A DNA stretch of 32,000 nt from Acaryochloris marina MBIC11017 (lineage in GTDB: Bacteria; Cyanobacteriota; Cyanobacteriia; Thermosynechococcales; Thermosynechococcaceae), in the NCBI RefSeq assembly GCF_000018105.1, contig NC_009925.1, positions 6,150,001 to 6,182,000 of the forward strand, in the 5' to 3' direction. The translations under genes were made by a program, and so were the position numbers. The notes under the pieces are model-generated. The model had not been told where the DNA came from, searched no databases, and saw nothing but the letters and a program-made list of their open reading frames with translations. Below, one piece after another: positions 16,350 through 23,629 of the stretch (position 1 is the first letter of the stretch; each line of letters begins with the position of its first letter).

Positions 16350-17930
16350 GGGTTTGCTGAGAAAGTAAATTGAGCAAATTCCATGCATCAAATCGTACAA
16401 GCAACCCATTTGTGACGGCCAGAGCCATATCCTTTGACTGGCCCTAGCAAAGCCCCAAGGAAGTCCTGACAGCTCCATAACGCTTTCCAAAACCAGCAAT
16501 CCCACCCCAAAAATGAACGATAAAAAGTGGCTGAGCCACCGCTCCAGATTCATGACCAAGAACGTGATAGCAATCGCACTGGCAGCCGTATCCGCTAACT
16601 TCGCCATCACTCGATTCAAGCCAAACCGTCGCTTGGCCTGCCCAAACTTACCCTCAATCTGGACCCTCACCTTTTCATCCTCACACGCTTGTTGCTTGAG
16701 TTGGGTCTGTACTTGTGGGTCTTGTTGAGGTCTTCCTAACGGCGGTCCACTCAAGCGAATCCCCCGAGCTTTACACCATCGTCGATTAGCCCGAGTCCGA
16801 TAGATTTGGTCAGCATGGACTGAGAAAGGATAATGGCCAAAGCGACGACGAAAGGCTTCCACTTGATGTTGAAGATGCTGGGATTCATTGAACGCATCCC
16901 AACTCAAGCGCTCCAGAAACACACATCCACGCACACAACTGAGGGATAGCTTGGCTCCAAACTCAACGGGTGTTCCAGCTTTGCCTCGGACCATCGGTCG
17001 GACATGAGGCTGACTCATACTGACAATCCGGTCGTCCACTCGACGTACTGACTGTTGATACATCCATTCTTGCTGTCGAAAGACTTCATGAATCACCAGC
17101 AACAGACGGTACTGCCGCCGGGACAATTGGGATAGGGAAGCCCCCAATGTTATCAACCCATCAATATGGGCTAGATTGCGACGCACATAGCCCAACTGCT
17201 GACGAATCCCTTTACGAATCAGCTTGCGGCTCGGTTGACGTTTTTTGGCAATGGCCAGATAGGCTTTGCGGGCCTTCTGGCGGTAGGTGCGAGGTTTGCA
17301 CTTGAGGGACAGCATGACTTGAGCATATAAAGCATCGAGGATGGCTTCGCTTGCTTTGCGGGCATCATTGAGCAAATCCAAGTCTGTCGGATAGCGAATA
17401 TCGGCTGGTGCACAGGTCGCATCTATCAACAATTGGCCCTGGTTGGGAGGGGCAGGAGGCTCATCTTCATCATCGTCAGAGGGAGGAGATGACTCAGGGG
17501 ACATCGCCACAGGAGACCCCTCGGATGCCAGCACAGAGTCCACGACTGCGTCATTGACTTGAGCTAGCAGCTCTAGATTCAACCGTTGGCGAAAGTGAAC
17601 CAGCATGGAGGCATCAAACGGAGCACTCTCTCGATATTCACTAAACCCCAGAAAGTACTGCAAGTAGGGGTTCTCTCGAATCTGTTCTACGGTCTCTGCG
17701 TCGGATATACCCAGTTTCTCTTTGATGATTAAGGTCCCTAAGGCCACACGAAAGGGTTTGGCAGGTGCCCCCATGGTCTGACTGAATTGGTCTGCATATT
17801 CTGACTCAAAGCTCTCCCAAGGAATCAACTCGGCTAGTTTGACCCAGCGATTCTCTCCTGAAAGTTTCCCTCCAAAGGGCAAGTAGAAGTTCTCAAAGGA
17901 CAGTTGACCGGGGGATGGACGGCGATACAT
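16347..17930 (-). CDS. IS5/IS1182-family DDE transposase
   Basis: The N-terminal block QLSFENFYLPFGGKLSGENRWVKLAELIPW and ENPYLQYFLGFSEY are typical of the long IS5-type transposases (InsH-like N-terminal domain plus DDE domain). Confidence 0.9.
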   Translation of the reverse strand: MYRRPSPGQLSFENFYLPFGGKLSGENRWVKLAELIPWESFESEYADQFSQTMGAPAKPFRVALGTLIIKEKLGISDAETVEQIRENPYLQYFLGFSEYRESAPFDASMLVHFRQRLNLELLAQVNDAVVDSVLASEGSPVAMSPESSPPSDDDEDEPPAPPNQGQLLIDATCAPADIRYPTDLDLLNDARKASEAILDALYAQVMLSLKCKPRTYRQKARKAYLAIAKKRQPSRKLIRKGIRQQLGYVRRNLAHIDGLITLGASLSQLSRRQYRLLLVIHEVFRQQEWMYQQSVRRVDDRIVSMSQPHVRPMVRGKAGTPVEFGAKLSLSCVRGCVFLERLSWDAFNESQHLQHQVEAFRRRFGHYPFSVHADQIYRTRANRRWCKARGIRLSGPPLGRPQQDPQVQTQLKQQACEDEKVRVQIEGKFGQAKRRFGLNRVMAKLADTAASAIAITFLVMNLERWLSHFLSFIFGVGLLVLESVMELSGLPWGFARASQRIWLWPSQMGCLYDLMHGICSIYFLSKP

Positions 17931-18046
17931 CGGGTTGCAGGTGCAAGGGTTTTAAATATTTTGAATGATTTTCCTTGCACTTCTCAAGGGCCCTCAACAC
18001 TTGGATACACTGCAAATATTGGAACTTAGACTTCCGAAGCAAGCCC
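16350..18046 (-). mobile_element. IS5/IS1182-like insertion sequence (about 1.7 kb), apparently intact
   Basis: Imperfect terminal IRs: GGGTTTGCTGAGAAAGT at the left end against the reverse complement of the right end, GGGCTTGCTTCGGAAGT. It has a single 527-aa transposase ORF and is flanked by a TAGTTA direct repeat. Confidence 0.8.
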
Positions 18047-18052
18047 TAGTTA
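18047..18052. repeat. Right copy of the target-site duplication of the IS5-like element
   Basis: TAGTTA at 18047-18052 is identical to 16344-16349. Confidence 0.65.
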
Positions 18053-18198
18053 GGTGAGATTATCTCAGCCCCCTATTCTTAGCTTGGTTATTCTAAACTT
18101 CTGTGAAAACCTGAGTTCGGGCCGCTTCGTTAGGGGAGGGACTGGACTTGGGTTTTCTCTAGGATGATCACAACCGCCAAATTCTAGCGAACTCTAGG

Positions 18199-18236
18199 TT
18201 CAATGGCACTGACTTCTTAAGTCAGTGCCATTGATT
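18199..18236. mobile_element. Minimal IR-IR derivative (MITE-like remnant) of the IS4 element at 170-1668
   Basis: TCAATGGCACTGACTT (18200-18215), CTT, AAGTCAGTGCCATTGA (18219-18234): perfect 16-bp arms. The arms equal the inner parts of the IS4 left and right terminal repeats, fused with no internal sequence. Confidence 0.75.
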
Positions 18237-18698
18237 CAATACATCACTATTACATTCTGTGCTCAGAAGTATGTGAGGTCTTTCCTAGAAATCGCCTTAG
18301 ACAAAGCCATAGAACTTGATCCTGACTATGTAATTGCCTACTTCAGACGTGGCACTGCCCGTCTCAACTTAAAGGAATACCCAAAAACGATCGCTGACTT
18401 AAACAAAGTGATTGAGCTAGATCCTGAGTTTGCAGCTGCCTATGTTAGTCGAGGAATCAGCTACACTTACTTGATGAAATACTCCAGGGCATTCTCAGAT
18501 TACAACAAAGCGATAGAACTGAATCGTGAGTTTGCAGCCGCCTATGCCATCCGGAGAGCTACCTACGTTTTAATCGGGAACCTTACTCAAGGCAAACAGG
18601 ATATACAAACTGCTGCCCAACTATTTAAGCAGCAAAATATCCCAGAAGGATATGAGATGACGATCAATTTCCTAAAACAACTTGAGTTTTCACGATAG
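18237..18698 (+). pseudogene. 5'-truncated TPR-repeat gene fragment
   Basis: The reading frame begins inside the IS-end remnant with a GTG only. The first ATG is far downstream. About four TPR units are present (AIELDPDYVIAYFRRG, VIELDPEFAAAYVSRG, AIELNREFAAAY), plus a C-terminal tail like that of the 712-aa protease-TPR protein. Confidence 0.55.
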
Positions 18699-18787
18699 GA
18701 GCCAAAATCCCTAAGCTGGAGTGATTGCTTGGGATAATTCAGGGAGACCTCTGGGAGAAGGATGAGTGATGGAAAACCTAGAAAAGC

Positions 18788-18963
18788 CTGATGTCGATCA
18801 TGGATGAGGTCAATGGCCGATTTGGGTGAGGGACGCTGGAGATTGCAGCATTAGAGGTTATTCCACAATACTCCTATGAGAGTCTTCTCATTCAACCTTC
18901 ACATTGACTTCATGGCCAGACGTGATCTTAAAGGGTAAGACGCAGAGGTGGGCACTGACGTAA
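18788..18963 (+). pseudogene. Remnant of the 3' end of a UmuC-like Y-family DNA polymerase gene
   Basis: One frame reads LMSIMDEVNGRFG*GTLEIAA (TGA at 18827). A second frame, about 70 nt later, reads STFTLTSWPDVILK. Together they resemble the conserved UmuC tail as I recall it (LN..GRGTL..A ... SP.YTT.W.DL..V). No upstream polymerase body is present. Confidence 0.35.
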
Positions 18964-19015
18964 ACCGATAACGGAAGGTCTTTGTCTACAACCCAAAGGG
19001 CTGGGTGAGCAGCCT

Positions 19016-19591
19016 ATGCCAAACACATCAAGAACAAAACGGGTGATGATCATGAATCAAACCGTCCCACAACAACCAGGGCCGAAAGAACGTGCAAAAG
19101 CCGGTTTCGGCATTGTCGATGAAATGTTGAAAGCCTATAACGGTGGCGAAACCTACGTGAAACGCTTTTTGACCTTTGTTGGTATTGGCGGTGTGATTAC
19201 CGGGACGGCCTTAGGCTACAGACCTCATGTGAGTCCTCAAGCACCTCAAGCTGAGCCGATTATTATCCAAATGACTCCTCCAACCTCATTGCCTGCTACT
19301 TCGCCAGCCAAACCTGAGTCCTCTCCAGCCAAGCCAGCAGAACCGTCCACGACTCAGCCTGTCGCTGAAATCCAACCTGAGCCGTCGCAAAAAACTCCAC
19401 CGTCTCAGCCGAATGTTCGGCCTGCACCACTTCCTAAGCCTGTGATTGCCACCCAACCTGTCCCATCCCACGTTACAGTTCAGAAACCCTCCATCGTCAT
19501 TACTCCTCCTATTCTTAAACGCCCTGCACCATCCTTACCCTTTGAAGTGGACCAATCAGACCAAGATGATAGGTTTGAAATTGATGATTAG
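19016..19591 (+). CDS. Hypothetical single-pass membrane protein with a Pro-rich region
   Basis: ATG start, one hydrophobic helix (FLTFVGIGGVITGTALGY), a long P/S/A/Q-rich stretch containing SPAKP twice, and an acidic C-terminus. Confidence 0.45.
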   Translation: MPNTSRTKRVMIMNQTVPQQPGPKERAKAGFGIVDEMLKAYNGGETYVKRFLTFVGIGGVITGTALGYRPHVSPQAPQAEPIIIQMTPPTSLPATSPAKPESSPAKPAEPSTTQPVAEIQPEPSQKTPPSQPNVRPAPLPKPVIATQPVPSHVTVQKPSIVITPPILKRPAPSLPFEVDQSDQDDRFEIDD

Positions 19592-19705
19592 CAGACTCTT
19601 TGGACAGTAGGAAAATCACGTCATTAGGGGTTTAGGATCTATTATTATTTAGAACATTCTCAGCCCACGCTAACAGCATCCAGCACAACATCACTCAACG
19701 TACCA

Positions 19706-19969
19706 GTGATTGAATCTTGGCGTTGCATTGACATTAGGAATCAAGTGATTATTCGAAGGCAGATCTTTAACCATCCTAAATATCCAGCAGGAAAATCACT
19801 GAAATCCTCACCAATTCAAGGTTGATTGACCAAAACTGGTCGAGTGTATGTGACGACAAAGAACTCCATGTATGAACTGGGTACACCTCATTCTGATTGT
19901 GCGAAAGATGCTTCAGATTGGCTTAACTACACGGATCATCAACTCGTGAAGAAATTGACTTACTGGTGA
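19706..19969 (+). pseudogene. Small ORF (about 87 codons) interrupted by one in-frame TGA
   Basis: GTG at 19706 opens 39 codons, then TGA (19823-19825), then 47 further codons in the same frame to TGA at 19967-19969. Each half falls below the ORF-track cutoff. The second half (GRVYVTTKNSMYELGTP) looks protein-like. Confidence 0.35.
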
Positions 19970-20108
19970 GCGTAGAAGTTGCTTCGCAGATTTGATAGAG
20001 GGCCTGGATAAGGATATTGAACCTATTTTTCTTGATTTATAACCTTATACTCATTAGCAAATTGCCTTGCTTAACCCTGACAATACAAACTGATCTAGGG
20101 AGATGTGG

Positions 20109-20162
20109 TCCCCAGAAGTGGGGATTTAAGGTGGGGGTAGCAACCTCATTAGCTTGCTACCC
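20109..20162. terminator. Two adjacent stem-loops downstream of the reductase gene (candidate terminator region)
   Basis: TCCCCA-GAAG-TGGGGA (20109-20124), and GGGTAGCAA (20135-20143) pairing with TTGCTACCC (20154-20162). U-tracts are poor on the minus strand. Confidence 0.25.
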
Positions 20163-20184
20163 GCCCTCACCCGTTGTCGAATCC

Positions 20185-21168
20185 TCACACGCTAATGACA
20201 ACCTTCCCTTGGGCGTGACCTGTTTCTAAATATCGGATGGCTTCCGGGACTTGGTTCAGTGGGTAGTGCCTGTCAATGACAGGTGTAACTTGCCCAATTT
20301 CGATCATCTCTTTCAAAAGGAGTAGATCGGCCTTGTTGCGTTTCATATCCAGAGAGGTAACCTTCTGCTCCACGAACGGTGATATCAGGAGGGCTTTGAG
20401 GAAATGCCCCAGTGGTCCCAGGATGCCACTCCCTTCTGGCCCACCAATGAGGACATATCTTCCATGCTGGTTCATCACCCGAACGCACTCGAATAGCGAT
20501 CGATTGCCAATCATATCCAGCATCAGGTCACAGCCCGCTTTGCTTAAAGCTGGATCCCGCGTGAAGTCTGCTTGAGTGTAGTCAATCACCCGGTCTGCAC
20601 CAATGGAATACATCCTCTCCACATTCCGAGTACTGCACACACCGATGACCACAGCACCAAACGCTTTCGCAATCTGAACAGCATAGGTGCCGACACCCCC
20701 TGAGGCTCCGTTGATCAACACTGTCTGCCCAGACTGAAGCTGTCCTGCATCTCGCAATCCTTGCAACGCGGTTAATGCTGCGAGAGGAACACTAGCGGCT
20801 TCCTCGAAGGATAGATTGGCTGGCTTGGATACTAGTGCCTCCTGTTCCTGGACACAACTATATTCAGCAAAGGAGCCATCAATACGACCATAGACTTCAA
20901 CTCCAGGCTGAAACTGGGTGACGTGTTTGCCTACGGCTTCTACCTGTCCAGCAAGCTCAGCGCCGAGGCTGGGATCTTTGGGTTTGAGTAGACCGAAGAA
21001 CAGTCGCAGGAAGTAGGGGCTGCCCCGCATGATGTGCCAATCTTTAGGATTTGTGGCTGCTGCGCGAACTTTGACTAGGACATCATGGTCGCCAATGACA
21101 GGCTTTTCAATCTCTTGGAGTTGAAGTACGTCTGGAGAACCATATTGGTAGAAATGAATTGCTTTCAT
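20185..21168 (-). CDS. MDR-superfamily NAD(P)H-dependent oxidoreductase (quinone oxidoreductase / zinc-type ADH-like)
   Basis: Rossmann motif VLINGASGGVGTYAVQIAKAFGAVV and a GroES-like N-terminal region (VLVKVRAAATNPKDW). A GAGGAAG Shine-Dalgarno sits in the 14-nt gap after the halogenase stop. Confidence 0.85.
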   Translation of the reverse strand: MKAIHFYQYGSPDVLQLQEIEKPVIGDHDVLVKVRAAATNPKDWHIMRGSPYFLRLFFGLLKPKDPSLGAELAGQVEAVGKHVTQFQPGVEVYGRIDGSFAEYSCVQEQEALVSKPANLSFEEAASVPLAALTALQGLRDAGQLQSGQTVLINGASGGVGTYAVQIAKAFGAVVIGVCSTRNVERMYSIGADRVIDYTQADFTRDPALSKAGCDLMLDMIGNRSLFECVRVMNQHGRYVLIGGPEGSGILGPLGHFLKALLISPFVEQKVTSLDMKRNKADLLLLKEMIEIGQVTPVIDRHYPLNQVPEAIRYLETGHAQGKVVISV

Positions 21169-21182
21169 GGGTTTCTTCCTCG

Positions 21183-23219
21183 TTATTGGTTGTTTGTGGA
21201 CTGAATGTTGCAGGGAGTTTTAATGGCAAAGGTGGGGAGATCGCCCGACATCCTCACATCAACAACGTCACTGACAAAACTGCTACAGTTGAGTTGAAAC
21301 TGGGTTGGGTTAGCAAGAACGTTGATGAGGCTGTGGTCTGAACGATTTTCAATCGAGAATCGGTAGCTTTGAGGGATAGACAGATAGGTTGTTACCAGGG
21401 TTGCAAGTGTCAGCGGCATTACTCTGCTGACTGCAGCACTCCACCTCACTGGATGGAGCAATCCTCTATTCCATAGTTTGAGATCTCGTTTGAACTGCAG
21501 CAGTCGTTGGGAATACTTTATCCGCTCCCGCAGATAGAAGCTCAGAAAGAACGGTAAAGTGCGATCTCCGAAAAAGTGAGTTTGGTATTGCCCCGTTCCC
21601 ATAAAACCTTTCTTGGACCTTAAAAGTCGGGGATGAAGCTTGTTACTCGGGAGATGATTTTTCCCATTCAGCACTGCCTTGAAGACCTGCGGCATCCAGG
21701 ATGCCTGTTCAAGCTGCTGAGTCATCTGCTGTGCTAACTTCGGTATATCTCGGCTTAAGGTCGTTCTATCCACCAGGGTATAGATGTGCTGGGCCAACTG
21801 CTCAAACTCCGGGAAACCACCGCCTGCTAACCTCAGCGTTTGGAGCTGCTGATCATACTCTTGTCGGTTTATTGCTAGTGCACGGCTACTCGTCAGCTTC
21901 ACTAGCTCCAGATAAGCGCCCGTCAACCAAAGAACAGAGAACGGTGACCATAATCGGTAATCTGAAAAGGATTGGTAGGCATGGGTGACTAACTGATCAT
22001 TAGCTTGAATATAGGCCAGGGTTAGCGCCTCGACAGATCGAAAGTAAGCCGCCGAATAATCGCCCGTTTCTTTCGCGGTCAGTAATCGCTCTGCCAGTGC
22101 AGACGTACAGGCCAATGCGGTGTAAAGCCCTTTGGAGAAGAGCGGATCGATAAACCCAGCCGCTTGCCCCAGGAGGCAGAAGCGATCGCCCACCACCTGC
22201 TTGGCACTGTATTGAATCCGTCCGGTGCGGGTCCAGTTCCGTACGGCTTTCGCCTGCCGAAATTGCTCAGCGATGCTCGGAAAGCGCTCAATGAATTGGA
22301 AAAACTCGACTTCGGGACTCAGTTCCGGTTGAGCCGGATATACCCTAGGGTCCAGCATCAACCCCACACTGCACAGGGGATTTGTGGATTTGGCGTGGTT
22401 ATCAAAGGGAATCACCCACAGCCAACCCCCCTTAAAGACGTGATGCAAAGTGCCTTCGGAAAGCTGAAACGGTAGCTGATAGGTTTCCTTTGGGGCTGTC
22501 ACCTCATGGAAGCAGGGGACATCAACCATATGGGTAAAAATGGCCCGCGAGTGAGTCTGCAAATTATGGTGCCGCAGATCAAACTGCTCAGCGAGTAGAG
22601 AGCGAAAGCCTCCCGCATCAACGATATAATCGGCCTCGAACTGTTCCCCAGATTGGGTTAGCAGTGCCACTCCGACTTCATTAATCTCCACTGATTGCAC
22701 CGGAGTATTTTGCATTACCTGTGCGCCATAGCGAATCGCTACCGTCATCAAAAAGTAATCGGTGTCTTGCCGATAGAGATGTAGCTCGTGACCGTAGGGT
22801 TGTTTCGGAATCACCGCCTGAAGAGTGCGCTGTTGATCGAACGGTTGTCCCTCGCTGTGGTGGGCAAAGCTGAAGTGGCGTTTGACGCCGTGGGAGGTGC
22901 CGATGCGCTCGAAGTAGTTTTCAGAACTGAAGTAGGCTAATTCTGGGATGTCGTAGCGCTCGGAAAGCGATCGCATCATCTCAGAGGTTTCTAAAATCAT
23001 CGACTCGCCAATGGCAAATTTGGGATGACTCCCGGCCTCAAAGAGAATGACCTTGAGTCCCTGGCGAGCCAGAATTGCCCCCAGGGTGGACCCTGCAATT
23101 CCAGAACCGATAATGGCTACGTCGATTCTACCGACAGGTAGACGGTGACCTGCATTTTTTTGAGCCGTTGTTGAGTTTATAGGCTGACTGATTGGGGGAG
23201 AGGCATTAAGGGGTTTCAT
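21183..23219 (-). CDS. Flavin-dependent halogenase-like protein with a C-terminal extension of about 150 aa
   Basis: GxGxxG (GSGIAG, 23091-23108), the WxWxIP halogenase signature (WLWVIP, 22407-22424), the Fx.Px.Sx.G motif (FIDPLFSKG, 22128-22154), and KFAIGES. The ATG at 23219 is preceded by AGGAGA at a suitable distance. The track start at 23255 is GTG. Confidence 0.8.
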   Translation of the reverse strand: MKPLNASPPISQPINSTTAQKNAGHRLPVGRIDVAIIGSGIAGSTLGAILARQGLKVILFEAGSHPKFAIGESMILETSEMMRSLSERYDIPELAYFSSENYFERIGTSHGVKRHFSFAHHSEGQPFDQQRTLQAVIPKQPYGHELHLYRQDTDYFLMTVAIRYGAQVMQNTPVQSVEINEVGVALLTQSGEQFEADYIVDAGGFRSLLAEQFDLRHHNLQTHSRAIFTHMVDVPCFHEVTAPKETYQLPFQLSEGTLHHVFKGGWLWVIPFDNHAKSTNPLCSVGLMLDPRVYPAQPELSPEVEFFQFIERFPSIAEQFRQAKAVRNWTRTGRIQYSAKQVVGDRFCLLGQAAGFIDPLFSKGLYTALACTSALAERLLTAKETGDYSAAYFRSVEALTLAYIQANDQLVTHAYQSFSDYRLWSPFSVLWLTGAYLELVKLTSSRALAINRQEYDQQLQTLRLAGGGFPEFEQLAQHIYTLVDRTTLSRDIPKLAQQMTQQLEQASWMPQVFKAVLNGKNHLPSNKLHPRLLRSKKGFMGTGQYQTHFFGDRTLPFFLSFYLRERIKYSQRLLQFKRDLKLWNRGLLHPVRWSAAVSRVMPLTLATLVTTYLSIPQSYRFSIENRSDHSLINVLANPTQFQLNCSSFVSDVVDVRMSGDLPTFAIKTPCNIQSTNNQ

Positions 23220-23484
23220 GGTTAGTTGTCTCCTTTGTGGTGCTGGGGGTAACACGAATGAGTGAAATCAGCGGTACACCTAAATCCCGCACTTTTTTGA
23301 GCAGTCCATGCAGGGCTGCCTGATCAACCACTGGGCCAGTCAACAGTGTATTGCCGTCGTCTTCTAGGATGATCGTTAGGCCCTCAAACCATGGAGTCCA
23401 GCGATCATTCAGGTGGCCCTTGATGCGAATTTCGTAAAGATCAGGTTGGCCCTGTTCTTCAGGTAATACGTGCTGATCACTCAT
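23206..23484 (-). CDS. Conserved-looking 92-aa protein of unknown function
   Basis: The ATG at 23484 gives MSDQHVLPEEQGQPDLYEIRIKGHLNDRWTPWFEGLTIILEDDGNTLLTGPVVDQAALHGLLKKVRDLGVPLISL. The gene overlaps the halogenase ATG by 14 nt. The track extension to 23580 (GTG start) runs through the repeat-rich spacer and is probably non-coding. Confidence 0.65.
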   Translation of the reverse strand: MSDQHVLPEEQGQPDLYEIRIKGHLNDRWTPWFEGLTIILEDDGNTLLTGPVVDQAALHGLLKKVRDLGVPLISLIRVTPSTTKETTNHETP

Positions 23485-23554
23485 GTTGTGCCCCGTACAC
23501 TTTGCTTGTGTAGAGCCGTTGGCTTGGCTCTTGGCTGCAATCTGAAGATATGAA

Positions 23555-23625
23555 GAGATGTGGGGAGGCGTCGTCACCACATGTGGTGAATGAGATGGTG
23601 ATTATCAATGCGAGATGTGGGGAGG
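23555..23625. promoter_or_regulatory. Candidate operator/promoter: two perfect 14-bp direct repeats flanking a perfect 16-bp palindrome
   Basis: GAGATGTGGGGAGG occurs at 23555-23568 and 23612-23625. TCACCACATGTGGTGA at 23574-23589 is self-complementary. A GATAAT hexamer (minus strand, 23601-23606) lies between them. Confidence 0.55.
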
Positions 23626-23629
23626 TGGA

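Noticed and set aside
170-18236. The IS4 copy and the IS4-end remnant might bound a 16.5-kb composite transposon.
   Set aside because: The right-hand element is only a 35-bp IR-IR remnant without a transposase. No shared target duplication is visible. The intervening DNA contains a core gene (crtL) and HIP1-rich host-like sequence.
1663-18698. The protease-TPR gene (minus strand, next to the IS4 end) and the TPR fragment (plus strand, next to the IS4-end remnant) might be two halves of one gene separated by an IS-mediated inversion.
   Set aside because: The geometry would allow it. However, both pieces end in their own natural-looking C-terminal tails (LYQQQG...L and LFKQQN...LE), so both are 3' ends and cannot be complementary halves.
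23206-23484. The small ORF might be a RiPP precursor peptide for the adjacent halogenase.
   Set aside because: This is not excluded, but the sequence looks like a conserved folded domain rather than a leader-plus-core peptide. Its aromatic residues lie in the core, not in the C-terminal tail. No protease, cyclase or transporter genes typical of RiPP clusters are nearby.
23485-23580. The ORF track extends the small protein N-terminally by 32 codons.
   Set aside because: The extension starts at GTG, runs through the 14-bp repeat and the 16-bp palindrome, and has no protein-like features. The ATG at 23484 starts the conserved-looking core.
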